This document shows, one piece after another, positions 49,269 through 58,982 of a stretch of 64,000 bases of DNA. Each line of letters opens with the position of its first letter. The stretch's first letter is position 1. Below the pieces are notes generated by a model. The model saw only the letters and a program-made list of their open reading frames with translations. It had not been told where the DNA came from and made no database searches. A program made the position numbers and the translations under genes. The DNA lies in the IMG/VR virus record IMGVR_UViG_3300031787_000001, positions 1-64,000 of that record. The stretch is one strand, 5' to 3'.

Positions 49269-50056
49269 AAAATATAACAGTAATTTTACCAGTACATAAA
49301 TTAAACGAAGAGTACATTGTAATGTTAACAAATTCAATAAAATCGGTTGAATTATTTTATGAAGATGTTAAATTATTAATTGTACATCCAACTGAAATTT
49401 CAGGTGATTTGAAAAAAATTCTTTCCACATTAAATCAAAAATTAGAGATAAAATGTCTTGAAAATAAAAAGAATAGTGGTTTTACCTCACAAGTAAATTT
49501 AGGTATAGAACAATGTGATACCGAATGGTTTTCAATATTGGAGGTTGATGATGAGTATAAACCTATATGGTTAAAATCAATAATGGAATATAAAAACGAA
49601 TATACCGATGTTGATGTGTTTTTACCAATTATAAAAGATGTAAATGTGGAAGGTAATTTTCTATCTTTTACAAATGAATCTACATGGGCATATGGGTTCT
49701 CAGAAAAACAAGGATTCCTCGATAATGAAGTTTTATTAGAATATCAAAACTACCAAACAAGTGGTGGATTATTTAAAACTGAAGTAATAAAAGAAAATGG
49801 ATTGTTTAAAGAAAATTTTAAATTAACGTTTATTTATGAACTATTACTAAGATTAACACATAATAAAGTAAAAATTATGACTGTACCAAAAATAGGGTAC
49901 CAACATGTTAATTTTAGAGAAGACTCTTTATTTTGGAATTATAAAAATGACGAATCCTCTAAATTATCAGAAAATGAAGTTAAGTTTTGGTTAGATGCCG
50001 CAAAAAAAGAATATTTCTTTAAAAATAATAGAGACCTAAACTATGTTGAGTCTTAA
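49265..50056 (+). CDS. GT-A fold (GT2) glycosyltransferase
   Basis: ITVILPVH, QVNLGIEQCDTEWFSILEVDDEY, FIYELLLRL. Confidence 0.85.
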   Translation: MKNITVILPVHKLNEEYIVMLTNSIKSVELFYEDVKLLIVHPTEISGDLKKILSTLNQKLEIKCLENKKNSGFTSQVNLGIEQCDTEWFSILEVDDEYKPIWLKSIMEYKNEYTDVDVFLPIIKDVNVEGNFLSFTNESTWAYGFSEKQGFLDNEVLLEYQNYQTSGGLFKTEVIKENGLFKENFKLTFIYELLLRLTHNKVKIMTVPKIGYQHVNFREDSLFWNYKNDESSKLSENEVKFWLDAAKKEYFFKNNRDLNYVES

Positions 50057-50754
50057 TGCCAAAAAAAAGAACCCAAAAAATCTATTTTGGGGATGATCAA
50101 GAAAAAGCGGTAATAAGATATTTGGAATCTGAAACCGAAGAAGAAAAGAACAAGATATTCAATGAATATTTAAGAGAACCCCTCATTATAATGGTCGAAA
50201 GTATTATCCGCCGTTATAAATTATATAGAAAAGACTTAGAATTTGAAGAAATTCATAATGACACAATGTCTTTTCTAATGACAAAGATTAATAAATTCGA
50301 TCATACTAAAAATCATAAGGCGTATTCTTACTTTGGTACAATATGTAAGAATTATCTTATGGGGGCAATTCAAAAAGACACTAAAGAATTAAAAAGAAAT
50401 GTGTCATATGAAGATGTAACAAGTGAACTCGAAAATAGACCAGATTTGGTTTACACTATTGATGCATATGAAATAGATTATTCCGAAGTATTGGTTAAGT
50501 TAGTAACTTCTTTAGAAGAGTTTATTGAAAATGAAGAATTAAACGAAAACGAAAAAAAATTAGGTTACGCGTTAATAGAAATATTTACAAATTTTGATAA
50601 AATATTTCAAATAGGAGATGGTAATAAATTTAATAAAAACCTAATATTACTCTCACTTAGAGAAATGACATCCTTGTCCACTAAAGAAATTAGGATTTCT
50701 CTAAAAAAATTCAAGAAAACATATAACGGGATAATGTTAGGATTTTTAAACTAA
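50056..50754 (+). CDS. Phage sigma factor, T4 gp55-like (late)
   Basis: KINKFDHTKNHKAYSYFGTICKNYL aligns with the gp55/sigma region 2 pattern FDPEKxxNPFAYFTQIxxN; YFGDDQEKAV N-terminus. Confidence 0.72.
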   Translation: MPKKRTQKIYFGDDQEKAVIRYLESETEEEKNKIFNEYLREPLIIMVESIIRRYKLYRKDLEFEEIHNDTMSFLMTKINKFDHTKNHKAYSYFGTICKNYLMGAIQKDTKELKRNVSYEDVTSELENRPDLVYTIDAYEIDYSEVLVKLVTSLEEFIENEELNENEKKLGYALIEIFTNFDKIFQIGDGNKFNKNLILLSLREMTSLSTKEIRISLKKFKKTYNGIMLGFLN

Positions 50755-50769
50755 AATCTATTTATTGTT

Positions 50770-51147
50770 ATGAAAAACAGAAACAATATAACATTAGACG
50801 TAGATTCTGCAATATCGTTAATGCAAGAAATTTACAATGATGTCGTGGAACAAAAAAACACAGCATCGTTGATAATGAAAAAAATGCTTTCCTTTATGAA
50901 AGATGCTGAAGATATGAGCGTAATTGGTCCGGTAATAAAAGAACAACAAAAAATACTAAACGAATGTACCGAAAAGAAAATTTCTTTGGTAAAATTACAA
51001 GGTGCCCTATTAAAACAAACACAAGGTGGAGGAGGTAAAAACTTACCAATGGGTAAGTTAAGTCTTTCTGATGAAGATAGAGAATTACTTGATAAGTTGG
51101 TCAATGAAGAGGGAAATAATAATAATTCTGAAAATTATCAACTATAA
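50770..51147 (+). CDS. Helical protein, candidate small terminase subunit
   Basis: 125 aa with two long amphipathic helices and a C-terminal LSDEDRELLDKL; late motif 3 nt upstream. The function is inferred only. Confidence 0.35.
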   Translation: MKNRNNITLDVDSAISLMQEIYNDVVEQKNTASLIMKKMLSFMKDAEDMSVIGPVIKEQQKILNECTEKKISLVKLQGALLKQTQGGGGKNLPMGKLSLSDEDRELLDKLVNEEGNNNNSENYQL

Positions 51148-53054
51148 TGAGTAAAACTAAAAAATTAAAAAAAGAAATAAAATCAAAATTAGAGGTCATC
51201 AAAAAAATAAATGATGACCCTAAAAAAGTATCCGACGATTTATATGATGCGTATTTAAAAGATTTACCATCAACAGATAAACTATTTGGTAAAAAATTTG
51301 GTGATTTTTTAGATAAAAGAAGAAAAAAAAAGGAAAACAATAAGGACATATTCTCAGATATTTTAGAAATAGCCGAAAGTTTTTTAAATAAAAAAAATCC
51401 AAAAGGTGGTACAGATAAATTATTTTCTAAAAATAGGTTAAAAAAACACGGATTAGACTCAACGATTGTTACATTGAGGTCTTCAAAAGAAATAATTTCC
51501 AAAAGAGTAAAAGAAGTTTTTTTTGTGTCTGATGGTATATGTGGTGTTGACTCTACTTTAAAAATTGACACAATAACATTAAAACCAAGTGAATTTGATT
51601 TTTTAAATCTTTTAACCGTCGATCCAAATAGTGATGTTGGTAAAGTGGCATATGAACCAATAAAACCAGTTCCTGGTAAAGAAAAAGTAAATAGGAAATT
51701 ATATGAGACATTCGGTGGAACCCCGTATCAATTTGATTCACAAAATAATAATACATTATTCACATTAAATTGGGACGCACCAAATCAACAATATATTGTT
51801 AACGGTTTAACACAAGGACTACCTGGTGTAATAAAAGTAGAAGATTTTTTTAATGATTATTATTCAACAGTAGAATTACCTGATATTGAACAAATAATTA
51901 AAAACGCCATGTATTTGAGTTTAGGTGGAGGTGGAGGTGACAACCCTTCTTTTCAAAAGGGAGTAGATTTTTTAAATAGACTTATAGCAAAATTATTTGC
52001 GGTTTGTGGATCACCAAAAGAAGGACAAAATCTAAAACAAAATGCGGTAGACATGTTTAATGAAAATGACGAAGATATTGAAAGTTATTTTGATTTTACA
52101 AACACGGAAGGTATTGATTTAGATGATGAAAATAATAGATTTAGGAGAGTTCTTAAATTTACTGATTGTAATAATTTTGAAATACCTGTTGATGACAAAA
52201 TATTAGAAGATTTTGTTTATTTAACAAATAGTAAATCGATAAATGATGTAATTAATGACGCATTAAATGATGCTGCCACAGCCGCTTTTGATAGGTCGGA
52301 TGGAACAATACCACAGATAAATTTTAATTTAAATTTAATGAATGATTTCATTATAAATTTACCAAAAGCTTTAATAATGTCGATATTAACACCTAAAGTA
52401 TTTTTACCGATTTTAATAATATATAAATTATTTAAATCATTGTTAAATATTAGAATTGATGTTAAAGAAATAATGAAAAAATTAAGTAAATTATTTAATG
52501 CTATTATTAAAGATTTATTTTGGCTTTTTATTAGAGAATTTTGGAGATTATTAAAAATAGATTTATTGGAATTCGTTTATCAAATTGCGGCTAAAATATT
52601 AAAAAACAAATATAAAAGATACTTAACAATTATTAGATCAATAATCTCAATACTACAACAAATAGTTGTTAATCCACCTGATAATTGTTTTGATATTTTT
52701 AATCTAATATTGACAACAATCACCAGTGCACTTAGGGGAGGTATTTCAAATGCAATTCCTGCAATTTTATTATCATTCGCAGATAAATTACCTGGTTATA
52801 GTCAGGATAGAGCATATATGAATATTGCCGAAAGATTAGAAGCGGCTGGTATCCCAATGGGACCACTGTATGGTGCATCAAATGATTTACCGGCATTAGT
52901 TAAATCAATAATTGATGGCCACACTGAAGAAGAAGATAAAAACGGATTTATTGCCGGAGGAAATCAATTCTTTACTGTACCTATTCCACCTATGGGTGCA
53001 GGACCATTAATTGTTCCACCCGGTATGATAAGAGTTTTTGGTAAAAAACAATAA
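51147..53054 (+). CDS. Hypothetical virion/baseplate protein (635 aa)
   Basis: Coupled between late genes, upstream of the spike gene. Confidence 0.6.
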   Translation: MSKTKKLKKEIKSKLEVIKKINDDPKKVSDDLYDAYLKDLPSTDKLFGKKFGDFLDKRRKKKENNKDIFSDILEIAESFLNKKNPKGGTDKLFSKNRLKKHGLDSTIVTLRSSKEIISKRVKEVFFVSDGICGVDSTLKIDTITLKPSEFDFLNLLTVDPNSDVGKVAYEPIKPVPGKEKVNRKLYETFGGTPYQFDSQNNNTLFTLNWDAPNQQYIVNGLTQGLPGVIKVEDFFNDYYSTVELPDIEQIIKNAMYLSLGGGGGDNPSFQKGVDFLNRLIAKLFAVCGSPKEGQNLKQNAVDMFNENDEDIESYFDFTNTEGIDLDDENNRFRRVLKFTDCNNFEIPVDDKILEDFVYLTNSKSINDVINDALNDAATAAFDRSDGTIPQINFNLNLMNDFIINLPKALIMSILTPKVFLPILIIYKLFKSLLNIRIDVKEIMKKLSKLFNAIIKDLFWLFIREFWRLLKIDLLEFVYQIAAKILKNKYKRYLTIIRSIISILQQIVVNPPDNCFDIFNLILTTITSALRGGISNAIPAILLSFADKLPGYSQDRAYMNIAERLEAAGIPMGPLYGASNDLPALVKSIIDGHTEEEDKNGFIAGGNQFFTVPIPPMGAGPLIVPPGMIRVFGKKQ

Positions 53055-53055
53055 T

Positions 53056-53256
53056 ATGGATATAAATAAAATAATTGAAATATCTGAAAATGCCGAAAAT
53101 AAACCAAACAAAGATTTAATTTCTGCCAGAGATATTTTAATTGAAGAATTTGAAAAAACAAAAGATTTAATAATAAATCTAACAAAACATCTTGAAGGTG
53201 TTGAAGAAATGTACGACAAAGTAAATAACGAAATAAAGAAAAGAATTATTAACTAA
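53056..53256 (+). CDS. Small coiled-coil protein (66 aa)
   Basis: Start MDINKIIE follows the upstream stop and is coupled to the next gene. Confidence 0.6.
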   Translation: MDINKIIEISENAENKPNKDLISARDILIEEFEKTKDLIINLTKHLEGVEEMYDKVNNEIKKRIIN

Positions 53257-54764
53257 TGAAAATAATTGATATTGCGGTATGTGACGATAATAAAGACCCT
53301 AAAGGTTTGGGTAGAATAAGATATAAATTACATAGTTCAGGTGGTGGTGCAAAAGAAAAGGCTGTTGATTATGAAAAATGGGGTGAAACAGATTTGTTTG
53401 TTGCTCAACCATTTTTACCATTAAATATAAATTTTATACCAGAGATTGGACAGGCGGTCAAAATAATAAGATATGATGTTAATAAAGAGAGTGTAAATCA
53501 GGAATACATTGCAGGACCATTTGGAAATCCCTATGATTTTAATAATACAGTGTTGTCGTCACAATTACAAAACACTACTTATGGTTCAATTGCCAAAAAA
53601 TCACCAGACATATATAAAAACGGTGAAATAGATGAAAGATATAAGGCGGCATTTACTGAAATAAATCATTATGGAGTTTATGGTAAATATGGTTCGGATT
53701 TAATTTTTACTGACAATGGATTACAGTTAAGAGGAGGTAAACTTTTATCAAAAGAAGCTGCAAGTTCAAAAAATAGGGAAACACTTATCAATTTTCCGAT
53801 AATGTCGAAAAAATCATCTAGAATTTATTTAAAAAAATTTCCTAAAGTAATGGAGTTAAAACCGGTGGAAGAAAAGACGGAAAAAGTACAATTTGCGGTT
53901 TTAAAGACAATAATTGAATATAGTTTAGATAGTCTAACAAATCCACAATTTGTAAACATATATATGTATGATGTTGAAAAACCATATGGGAATTTATACA
54001 ATACAAATTCATTTAACGAACATACTGAATTAGATTTTAATTATTTAAAATTGTATACATTATCAGGTAATACACCAACACTAACATTACCAATACCTCC
54101 ATCCCCACCATCATTAACACCAACTATTAATGATGCATATCTTTTTCTAAGAGACGGATTTAAAAAGATAATTGAAAATGGTCCCTTTTCTTTAAACCCA
54201 TTGTATAGAAAAACCACAGATTTATACCCATTATATTTTAGACCAACTAAAGAATTTAGAGAAAGAGTGGGTAATAATACAGAAAAACTAAAATTTTTAG
54301 ATAATGTTTTTATAAGAAATAAAAAAACATCTGGTTTAATATGGTCATTCACACAAGTCGATCCACAAGTGATCCCAAATGTTGAAATAAAATTAAAACC
54401 ATTTGTAAATGAAAATTCATCAGAACAAACTTTTGGTTCTATTTTATCTGATAAAATATTTTTATTATCTACAGAATATTCTTTAGGAACACCTGGTGGA
54501 TCACCAAATATTAATTTTGAGGGATTAAGTAAATATGATTTAACTCAAGAGGATTACATATCAAAAATAGAACCTAGTACCTATGCAACAGTAAGGGGTG
54601 AAAAATTATTGGAATTCCTATTTGCATTGAAGGAAGTTTTATATGGTCACGTGCATAATATTAATAAAACATATATTAAGGAATGGGACGAACATGAAAA
54701 TTTAGATAGATTATATCAATCTTTAGCAAATGACTTATTAAATACCTCAATTAGAATAAACTAA
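53256..54764 (+). CDS. Baseplate central spike (gp5/VgrG-like OB-fold, C-terminal HxH)
   Basis: DDNKDPKGLGRIRY...PFLP...FIPEIGQAVKII OB-fold; RGEKLLEFL...GHVH tip motif. Confidence 0.7.
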   Translation: MKIIDIAVCDDNKDPKGLGRIRYKLHSSGGGAKEKAVDYEKWGETDLFVAQPFLPLNINFIPEIGQAVKIIRYDVNKESVNQEYIAGPFGNPYDFNNTVLSSQLQNTTYGSIAKKSPDIYKNGEIDERYKAAFTEINHYGVYGKYGSDLIFTDNGLQLRGGKLLSKEAASSKNRETLINFPIMSKKSSRIYLKKFPKVMELKPVEEKTEKVQFAVLKTIIEYSLDSLTNPQFVNIYMYDVEKPYGNLYNTNSFNEHTELDFNYLKLYTLSGNTPTLTLPIPPSPPSLTPTINDAYLFLRDGFKKIIENGPFSLNPLYRKTTDLYPLYFRPTKEFRERVGNNTEKLKFLDNVFIRNKKTSGLIWSFTQVDPQVIPNVEIKLKPFVNENSSEQTFGSILSDKIFLLSTEYSLGTPGGSPNINFEGLSKYDLTQEDYISKIEPSTYATVRGEKLLEFLFALKEVLYGHVHNINKTYIKEWDEHENLDRLYQSLANDLLNTSIRIN

Positions 54765-54786
54765 TTGATATTTATAAAATAAAAAG

Positions 54787-56157
54787 ATGTCATATTTTCG
54801 TTCTTATTTTGAAAAAAATAATACTATACTTAAAAATTCTAGTATTAATACTGCCAAAAATCCGAATACCGAGATAATATACGGCACCACATTCTCAAAA
54901 TATCTGTTTAAGATAGATTTATCAACTTTACAACAAAAAATCGATTCCGGTGAGTATGTTATTGATGAAAACACAAAACACACTTTACATTTAACAAATA
55001 CTATTTTTGGTGATGAGGCCCTATTGGGTGATGATAGGGGTAATAGTAATAGAAGAGCAACTTCTTTTGATTTGATATTATTTAGGGTTAATGAATTTTG
55101 GGACGAAGGTGTTGGTTTTGATTATGATAAAGTATATGATTTAGCAACTGGAGAACAGTTATTTGACGTTAGACCATCAAATTGGTTTAATAGAACAAGT
55201 GTTGATACATGGGGGGAAGAAGGTGTTTATTCAACTTCACCCGATATAATTGAAACAATACATTTTGATAATGGTAATGAAGATATTAATATAGATCTAA
55301 CAGATTATGTTAACGGTATTTTAGAAAATGGTGACGATAATTATGGTCTTGGTTTGGCGTTTTCTGTTATATATCAGGATGTAACGACGGATGTTGGTCA
55401 AAGTGTTTCATTTTTTTCAAAGTATACACAGACGTTTTTCGAACCATATCTTGAGACTTATTTCCATGACGTAATAGAAGATGATAGACAAAATTTTGTA
55501 CATGGTGTTGAACAAAATCTATATCTGTATGTGACAAAGGGTACAAATTTTTATGATTTAGATTCATTACCATCTGTAGATATATTAGATAGTACAAAAA
55601 CACCGATAGCGGGATTAGAAAATCTAACACCAGTAAAAGTTAAAAAGGGTGTTTACAAGGTTACATTTGGTATTGAGGGTATTTTATGTGATGGTAAAAA
55701 GTTTTTTTATGATAAATGGAAAAATATAGAAATTGATGGAGTATCAATTGATGATATACTACAAAAGTTCGTACCAAAACCATATACTTCACAATATACA
55801 ATAGGTGAAAATCCAACAGAATTACAGAGATATGCAATACAATATTTTGGTATTAAACTTAATGAAAAAATAAATAGAGGAGAAAAAAGAAAAGTTGTGG
55901 TAACTTTCAGATCAATCGATTATCCAAAAACAGTTTTATTTGATGAGGTATATTATAGAATATATATAAGGGAAGGTAGAACACAAGTAAATGTATTTGA
56001 TTGGACTAAATTAGATAGGACAAATGAGAATTCTTTTGTTTTTGACACATCCTACATGATACCGAGAGAATATTATTTGGAGATAAAAGGTAAAACACAT
56101 TCTGAAGAAATTTTTTACAAAGAAAATATAAACTTTGAGATTGTGTCAGAAAAGTAA
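54787..56157 (+). CDS. Virion protein with a DNRLRE/CBM96-like domain
   Basis: FDLILFRVNEFWDEG, SNWFNRTSVDTW, INIDLTDYVNG...NYGLGL, EPYLETY; late motif at 54769-54776. Confidence 0.5.
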   Translation: MSYFRSYFEKNNTILKNSSINTAKNPNTEIIYGTTFSKYLFKIDLSTLQQKIDSGEYVIDENTKHTLHLTNTIFGDEALLGDDRGNSNRRATSFDLILFRVNEFWDEGVGFDYDKVYDLATGEQLFDVRPSNWFNRTSVDTWGEEGVYSTSPDIIETIHFDNGNEDINIDLTDYVNGILENGDDNYGLGLAFSVIYQDVTTDVGQSVSFFSKYTQTFFEPYLETYFHDVIEDDRQNFVHGVEQNLYLYVTKGTNFYDLDSLPSVDILDSTKTPIAGLENLTPVKVKKGVYKVTFGIEGILCDGKKFFYDKWKNIEIDGVSIDDILQKFVPKPYTSQYTIGENPTELQRYAIQYFGIKLNEKINRGEKRKVVVTFRSIDYPKTVLFDEVYYRIYIREGRTQVNVFDWTKLDRTNENSFVFDTSYMIPREYYLEIKGKTHSEEIFYKENINFEIVSEK

Positions 56158-56170
56158 AATATTTATAAAT

Positions 56171-56626
56171 ATGAAAAATTTAAATCAAATTATAAGAAAA
56201 CACCTCAGAGTTATATCTGAAAATGATGGAAAACCTGAACAGGAAAATTATATGTTTTTTGGTAACATAGAACAAATGAAAAGACAATGTGAACTATTAA
56301 TGGGGGAAGATAAAAACCAAATAGATTCAATTTTAAAGGAACACGATTGGGCACAAGATCATATTTCTGAGGCAAAAAGTTTACTAGACCAAGTTTTTGA
56401 TTTTTTAATGAATCAAACAAAAGGAGAACAATATGAAGATGAAATGATTAATGAAGAAAGTCAAATTGATGAGGGAAAAAACAAACCAACAAATCCTAAA
56501 TTATGGGCAAGAGCTAAATCTATGGCAAAATCCAAATTTAAGGTTTATCCAAGTGCATATGCAAATGGTTGGGCGGCAAAATGGTATAAAAAACATGGTG
56601 GTGGTTGGAGAAAAACTAAAAAATAA
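56171..56626 (+). CDS. Probable head-internal protein; acidic module plus basic KPTNPKLWARAK...YPSAYANGWAAKWYKKHGGGWR module
   Basis: Start at 56171 lies 3 nt after TATTTATA; ISE, INE and IDE motifs. Confidence 0.65.
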   Translation: MKNLNQIIRKHLRVISENDGKPEQENYMFFGNIEQMKRQCELLMGEDKNQIDSILKEHDWAQDHISEAKSLLDQVFDFLMNQTKGEQYEDEMINEESQIDEGKNKPTNPKLWARAKSMAKSKFKVYPSAYANGWAAKWYKKHGGGWRKTKK

Positions 56627-56638
56627 ATTTTATTACAA

Positions 56639-57934
56639 ATGAATCAATTGGGTATAATAGTATCAAAAGAGGATAAAGAATACATCGAAGAATGTATACA
56701 ATCTGGCGAGGTACTAAAGGAGGATTTAAGAAGGTGGTTTAAGGAAAAGTGGGTTGATGTAAGTAGAAAAGTTGATGGTAAACATCCACCATGTGGACGT
56801 AAAAAAGCAACAGGTAAAGGTTATCCAAAATGTCGACCAAAAAAGAAAGTATCAAAAGAAACACCTAAAACCGCGGGATCATATTCTAAAAAAGAAAAAA
56901 AGGCAATGACTTCTCAAAAAAGAAGAGCAGAAAAAAAAGACCCGAAACCCGGTAAAGGAAATAAACCAACATTTACGAGATATGTAAATGAGGCCTTCGA
57001 TGTTGATCCGAATGAATATAAAAAAATACTACAAACTAAAGATTTTTTATTAGTTGTTCCATTTACACATAAAGCATCTTGTAAATATGGTGCTAATACT
57101 AAATGGTGTACAACTAAAAGACATGACGATGAGGATTTTGAAGATCATGTTTCATCGGGTGTATTAGCGTATTTAATAGTAAGAAACCCTGAATATAGAG
57201 ATAAATTAAATAATTCAAAATTTGCATTATTTAGATATAAAGGAGAAGAGGGTGATGAAGATGGTTTGGTTTACACTGAATTAAATAATGAATATCCAAT
57301 AAAGTGGTTTAAAAACTTAATGGGTAAAAATGGTTTAACAGATGATTATTCTGAAATAATTGAAAAATATAATAATTTTTATAAAAAATATACAAACATG
57401 GCGTTAAATGAAAATATAGTTAAAAAATTAACTAATTTAGTTATGGAAGAATTAAGTAATGAGATAACTTTTGAAGATTTAGAAACACTAAAAAAAATAA
57501 ATAAGTTCGTTAAAAAACAAGAAGTAATTGATTGGTTTAATGAAAACGATATTGAGTATTTTGACATGAATGATATGGAAATGTATATAATGTACATCGA
57601 AAAAAACATGGAGGATTCTGAAGATTTAGGATCAGTAGAAGAAACTGACTTTATTGCTGATGATTTATTAAATGAGGCAGAATATCAAGGACGTAAAGTT
57701 CAATTAGGTAAGATCATGCAAGGTGATATTAAGAAATTTAAAGTATACGTTAAAAACGATAAAGGAAAAGTTGTTAAAGTTAATTTCGGTTTCGGTGGTA
57801 AATCTGCCAAGGGAAAAAGAATGGTTATTAAAAAGAATAACCCTGAAAGAAGAAAATCATTTAGAGCAAGACATAATTGTGACAATCCAGGTCCTCGTTG
57901 GAAACCAAGATATTGGGCTTGTAGAACATGGTAA
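56639..57934 (+). CDS. Multi-module probable head-internal protein
   Basis: Modules EDLRRWFKEKWVD...PCGR...YPKCRP, PFTHKASCKYGANTKWCT and EAEYQGRKV...RKSFRARHNC...YWAC, each preceded by (L/V)xE. Confidence 0.7.
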   Translation: MNQLGIIVSKEDKEYIEECIQSGEVLKEDLRRWFKEKWVDVSRKVDGKHPPCGRKKATGKGYPKCRPKKKVSKETPKTAGSYSKKEKKAMTSQKRRAEKKDPKPGKGNKPTFTRYVNEAFDVDPNEYKKILQTKDFLLVVPFTHKASCKYGANTKWCTTKRHDDEDFEDHVSSGVLAYLIVRNPEYRDKLNNSKFALFRYKGEEGDEDGLVYTELNNEYPIKWFKNLMGKNGLTDDYSEIIEKYNNFYKKYTNMALNENIVKKLTNLVMEELSNEITFEDLETLKKINKFVKKQEVIDWFNENDIEYFDMNDMEMYIMYIEKNMEDSEDLGSVEETDFIADDLLNEAEYQGRKVQLGKIMQGDIKKFKVYVKNDKGKVVKVNFGFGGKSAKGKRMVIKKNNPERRKSFRARHNCDNPGPRWKPRYWACRTW

Positions 57935-58375
57935 TTAATAAAAGATAATTTTAATATCACATTCATTAAGGAGTTCTAAACTCCTTTTTTGTTGCTCTTC
58001 CCACATCTCTTTATTGTTTGTTGTACAAACCTCTTTACAATAAACTGTTTTTATACCCGAGTTAACAATACCCCTTGCACAATCCATACAAGGTAAACCC
58101 GACGTAAGATATATTGTTGAATTTTTTAATGAAACACCTATTCTTGCTGCGTTATATATGGCATTACGTTCCGCATGTTCAAACCAGAAGTATTTTTCGG
58201 GTCTTTCCTGACGTTCTTCTTTTGAATCATATAAACCCCTTGGGAATGAATTATAACCTGTAGAAAGGATCTCATTATCCTCACCAACTATAACTGCACC
58301 TATTTGGGTGTATTTGTCTTTTGACTTTAACTTAACCTGTTCTGCGATCCCCAAAAAATAGTCTTTCCAATCCAT
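57935..58375 (-). CDS. cd: dCMP deaminase
   Basis: STGYNSFPRG, EHAERNAI, PCMDCA; start MDWKDYF is coupled (TGATG) to the upstream stop. Confidence 0.92.
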   Translation of the reverse strand: MDWKDYFLGIAEQVKLKSKDKYTQIGAVIVGEDNEILSTGYNSFPRGLYDSKEERQERPEKYFWFEHAERNAIYNAARIGVSLKNSTIYLTSGLPCMDCARGIVNSGIKTVYCKEVCTTNNKEMWEEQQKRSLELLNECDIKIIFY

Positions 58376-58701
58376 CACATTAATTTTTGTGGAGACCAAT
58401 ATTGTAATCTATTATCTGAATACCTATCCAATCTACGAGCCTCTTTTTTCTCGATAAGTTTATTAATTTCTGTCATGTGTTTTTTATTTCTAATATCAAC
58501 ACCGACAATGTATCCTCCGTCCGATTTTTCATATGTTGTTTCAAATATGAATTTACCCTCATCATCTTTTTTTAATAGTTCAACAATACCATTTTTGGTA
58601 TCATTTTCTTTCTTATAAATTTTGTAGGGAATCGAACGTAATTCAATTAACTTTTGAAGAACGTCTAATCTTAGTTTTTCGTATTCATTTTCATCTGTCA
58701 T
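58375..58701 (-). CDS. Hypothetical protein with a possible HeH/SAP-like N-terminus
   Basis: YEKLRLDVLQKLIELRSI...TKNGIVELLKKDD. Confidence 0.5.
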   Translation of the reverse strand: MTDENEYEKLRLDVLQKLIELRSIPYKIYKKENDTKNGIVELLKKDDEGKFIFETTYEKSDGGYIVGVDIRNKKHMTEINKLIEKKEARRLDRYSDNRLQYWSPQKLM

Positions 58702-58705
58702 TTAA

Positions 58706-58737
58706 CAAATATAACGAATAAAACAATAAACACCAAA
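58706..58737 (-). promoter_or_regulatory. Perfect Bacteroidota primary-sigma promoter TTTG-N20-TATATTTG
   Basis: Exact TTTG / TAnnTTTG consensus; ends 4 nt before the ATG at 58701. Confidence 0.75.
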
Positions 58738-58738
58738 A

Positions 58739-58888
58739 TTAATTCACTTTAAGTAACCAAAATTTTCTATCATTTATTTTTACAAAGGTGGTATTTGATG
58801 TCATCCTATCAACATAAGTTTCTTTAACTCCATTTGTAAATGTGAGAACAAATCCTGTTTTTGTTGAATTCCATTTAATTTTATTCAT
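58739..58888 (-). CDS. 49-aa hypothetical protein (below the ORF-track cutoff)
   Basis: MNKIKWNSTKTGFVLTFTNGVKETYVDRMTSNTTFVKINDRKFWLLKVN*; fills the gap and has its own TTTA-N19-TATATTAA candidate at 58903-58933. Confidence 0.5.
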   Translation of the reverse strand: MNKIKWNSTKTGFVLTFTNGVKETYVDRMTSNTTFVKINDRKFWLLKVN

Positions 58889-58934
58889 ATAATGTATTTG
58901 AATTAATATAAGATTTTAACGGGATTATGTAAAC

Positions 58935-58963
58935 AAAAAACCCCCGATTTCTCGAGGGTTTTT
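58935..58963 (-). terminator. Intrinsic terminator after the major capsid gene
   Basis: Minus strand: AAAAACCCTCGA-GAAA-TCGGGGGTTTTTT. Confidence 0.85.
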
Positions 58964-58982
58964 ATATTGACATCAATTAAGA

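Noticed and set aside
1434-57966. Numerous 60-160 aa ORFs antisense or out of frame within long genes
   Set aside because: Fully nested in well-supported genes, with no motifs or promoters of their own.
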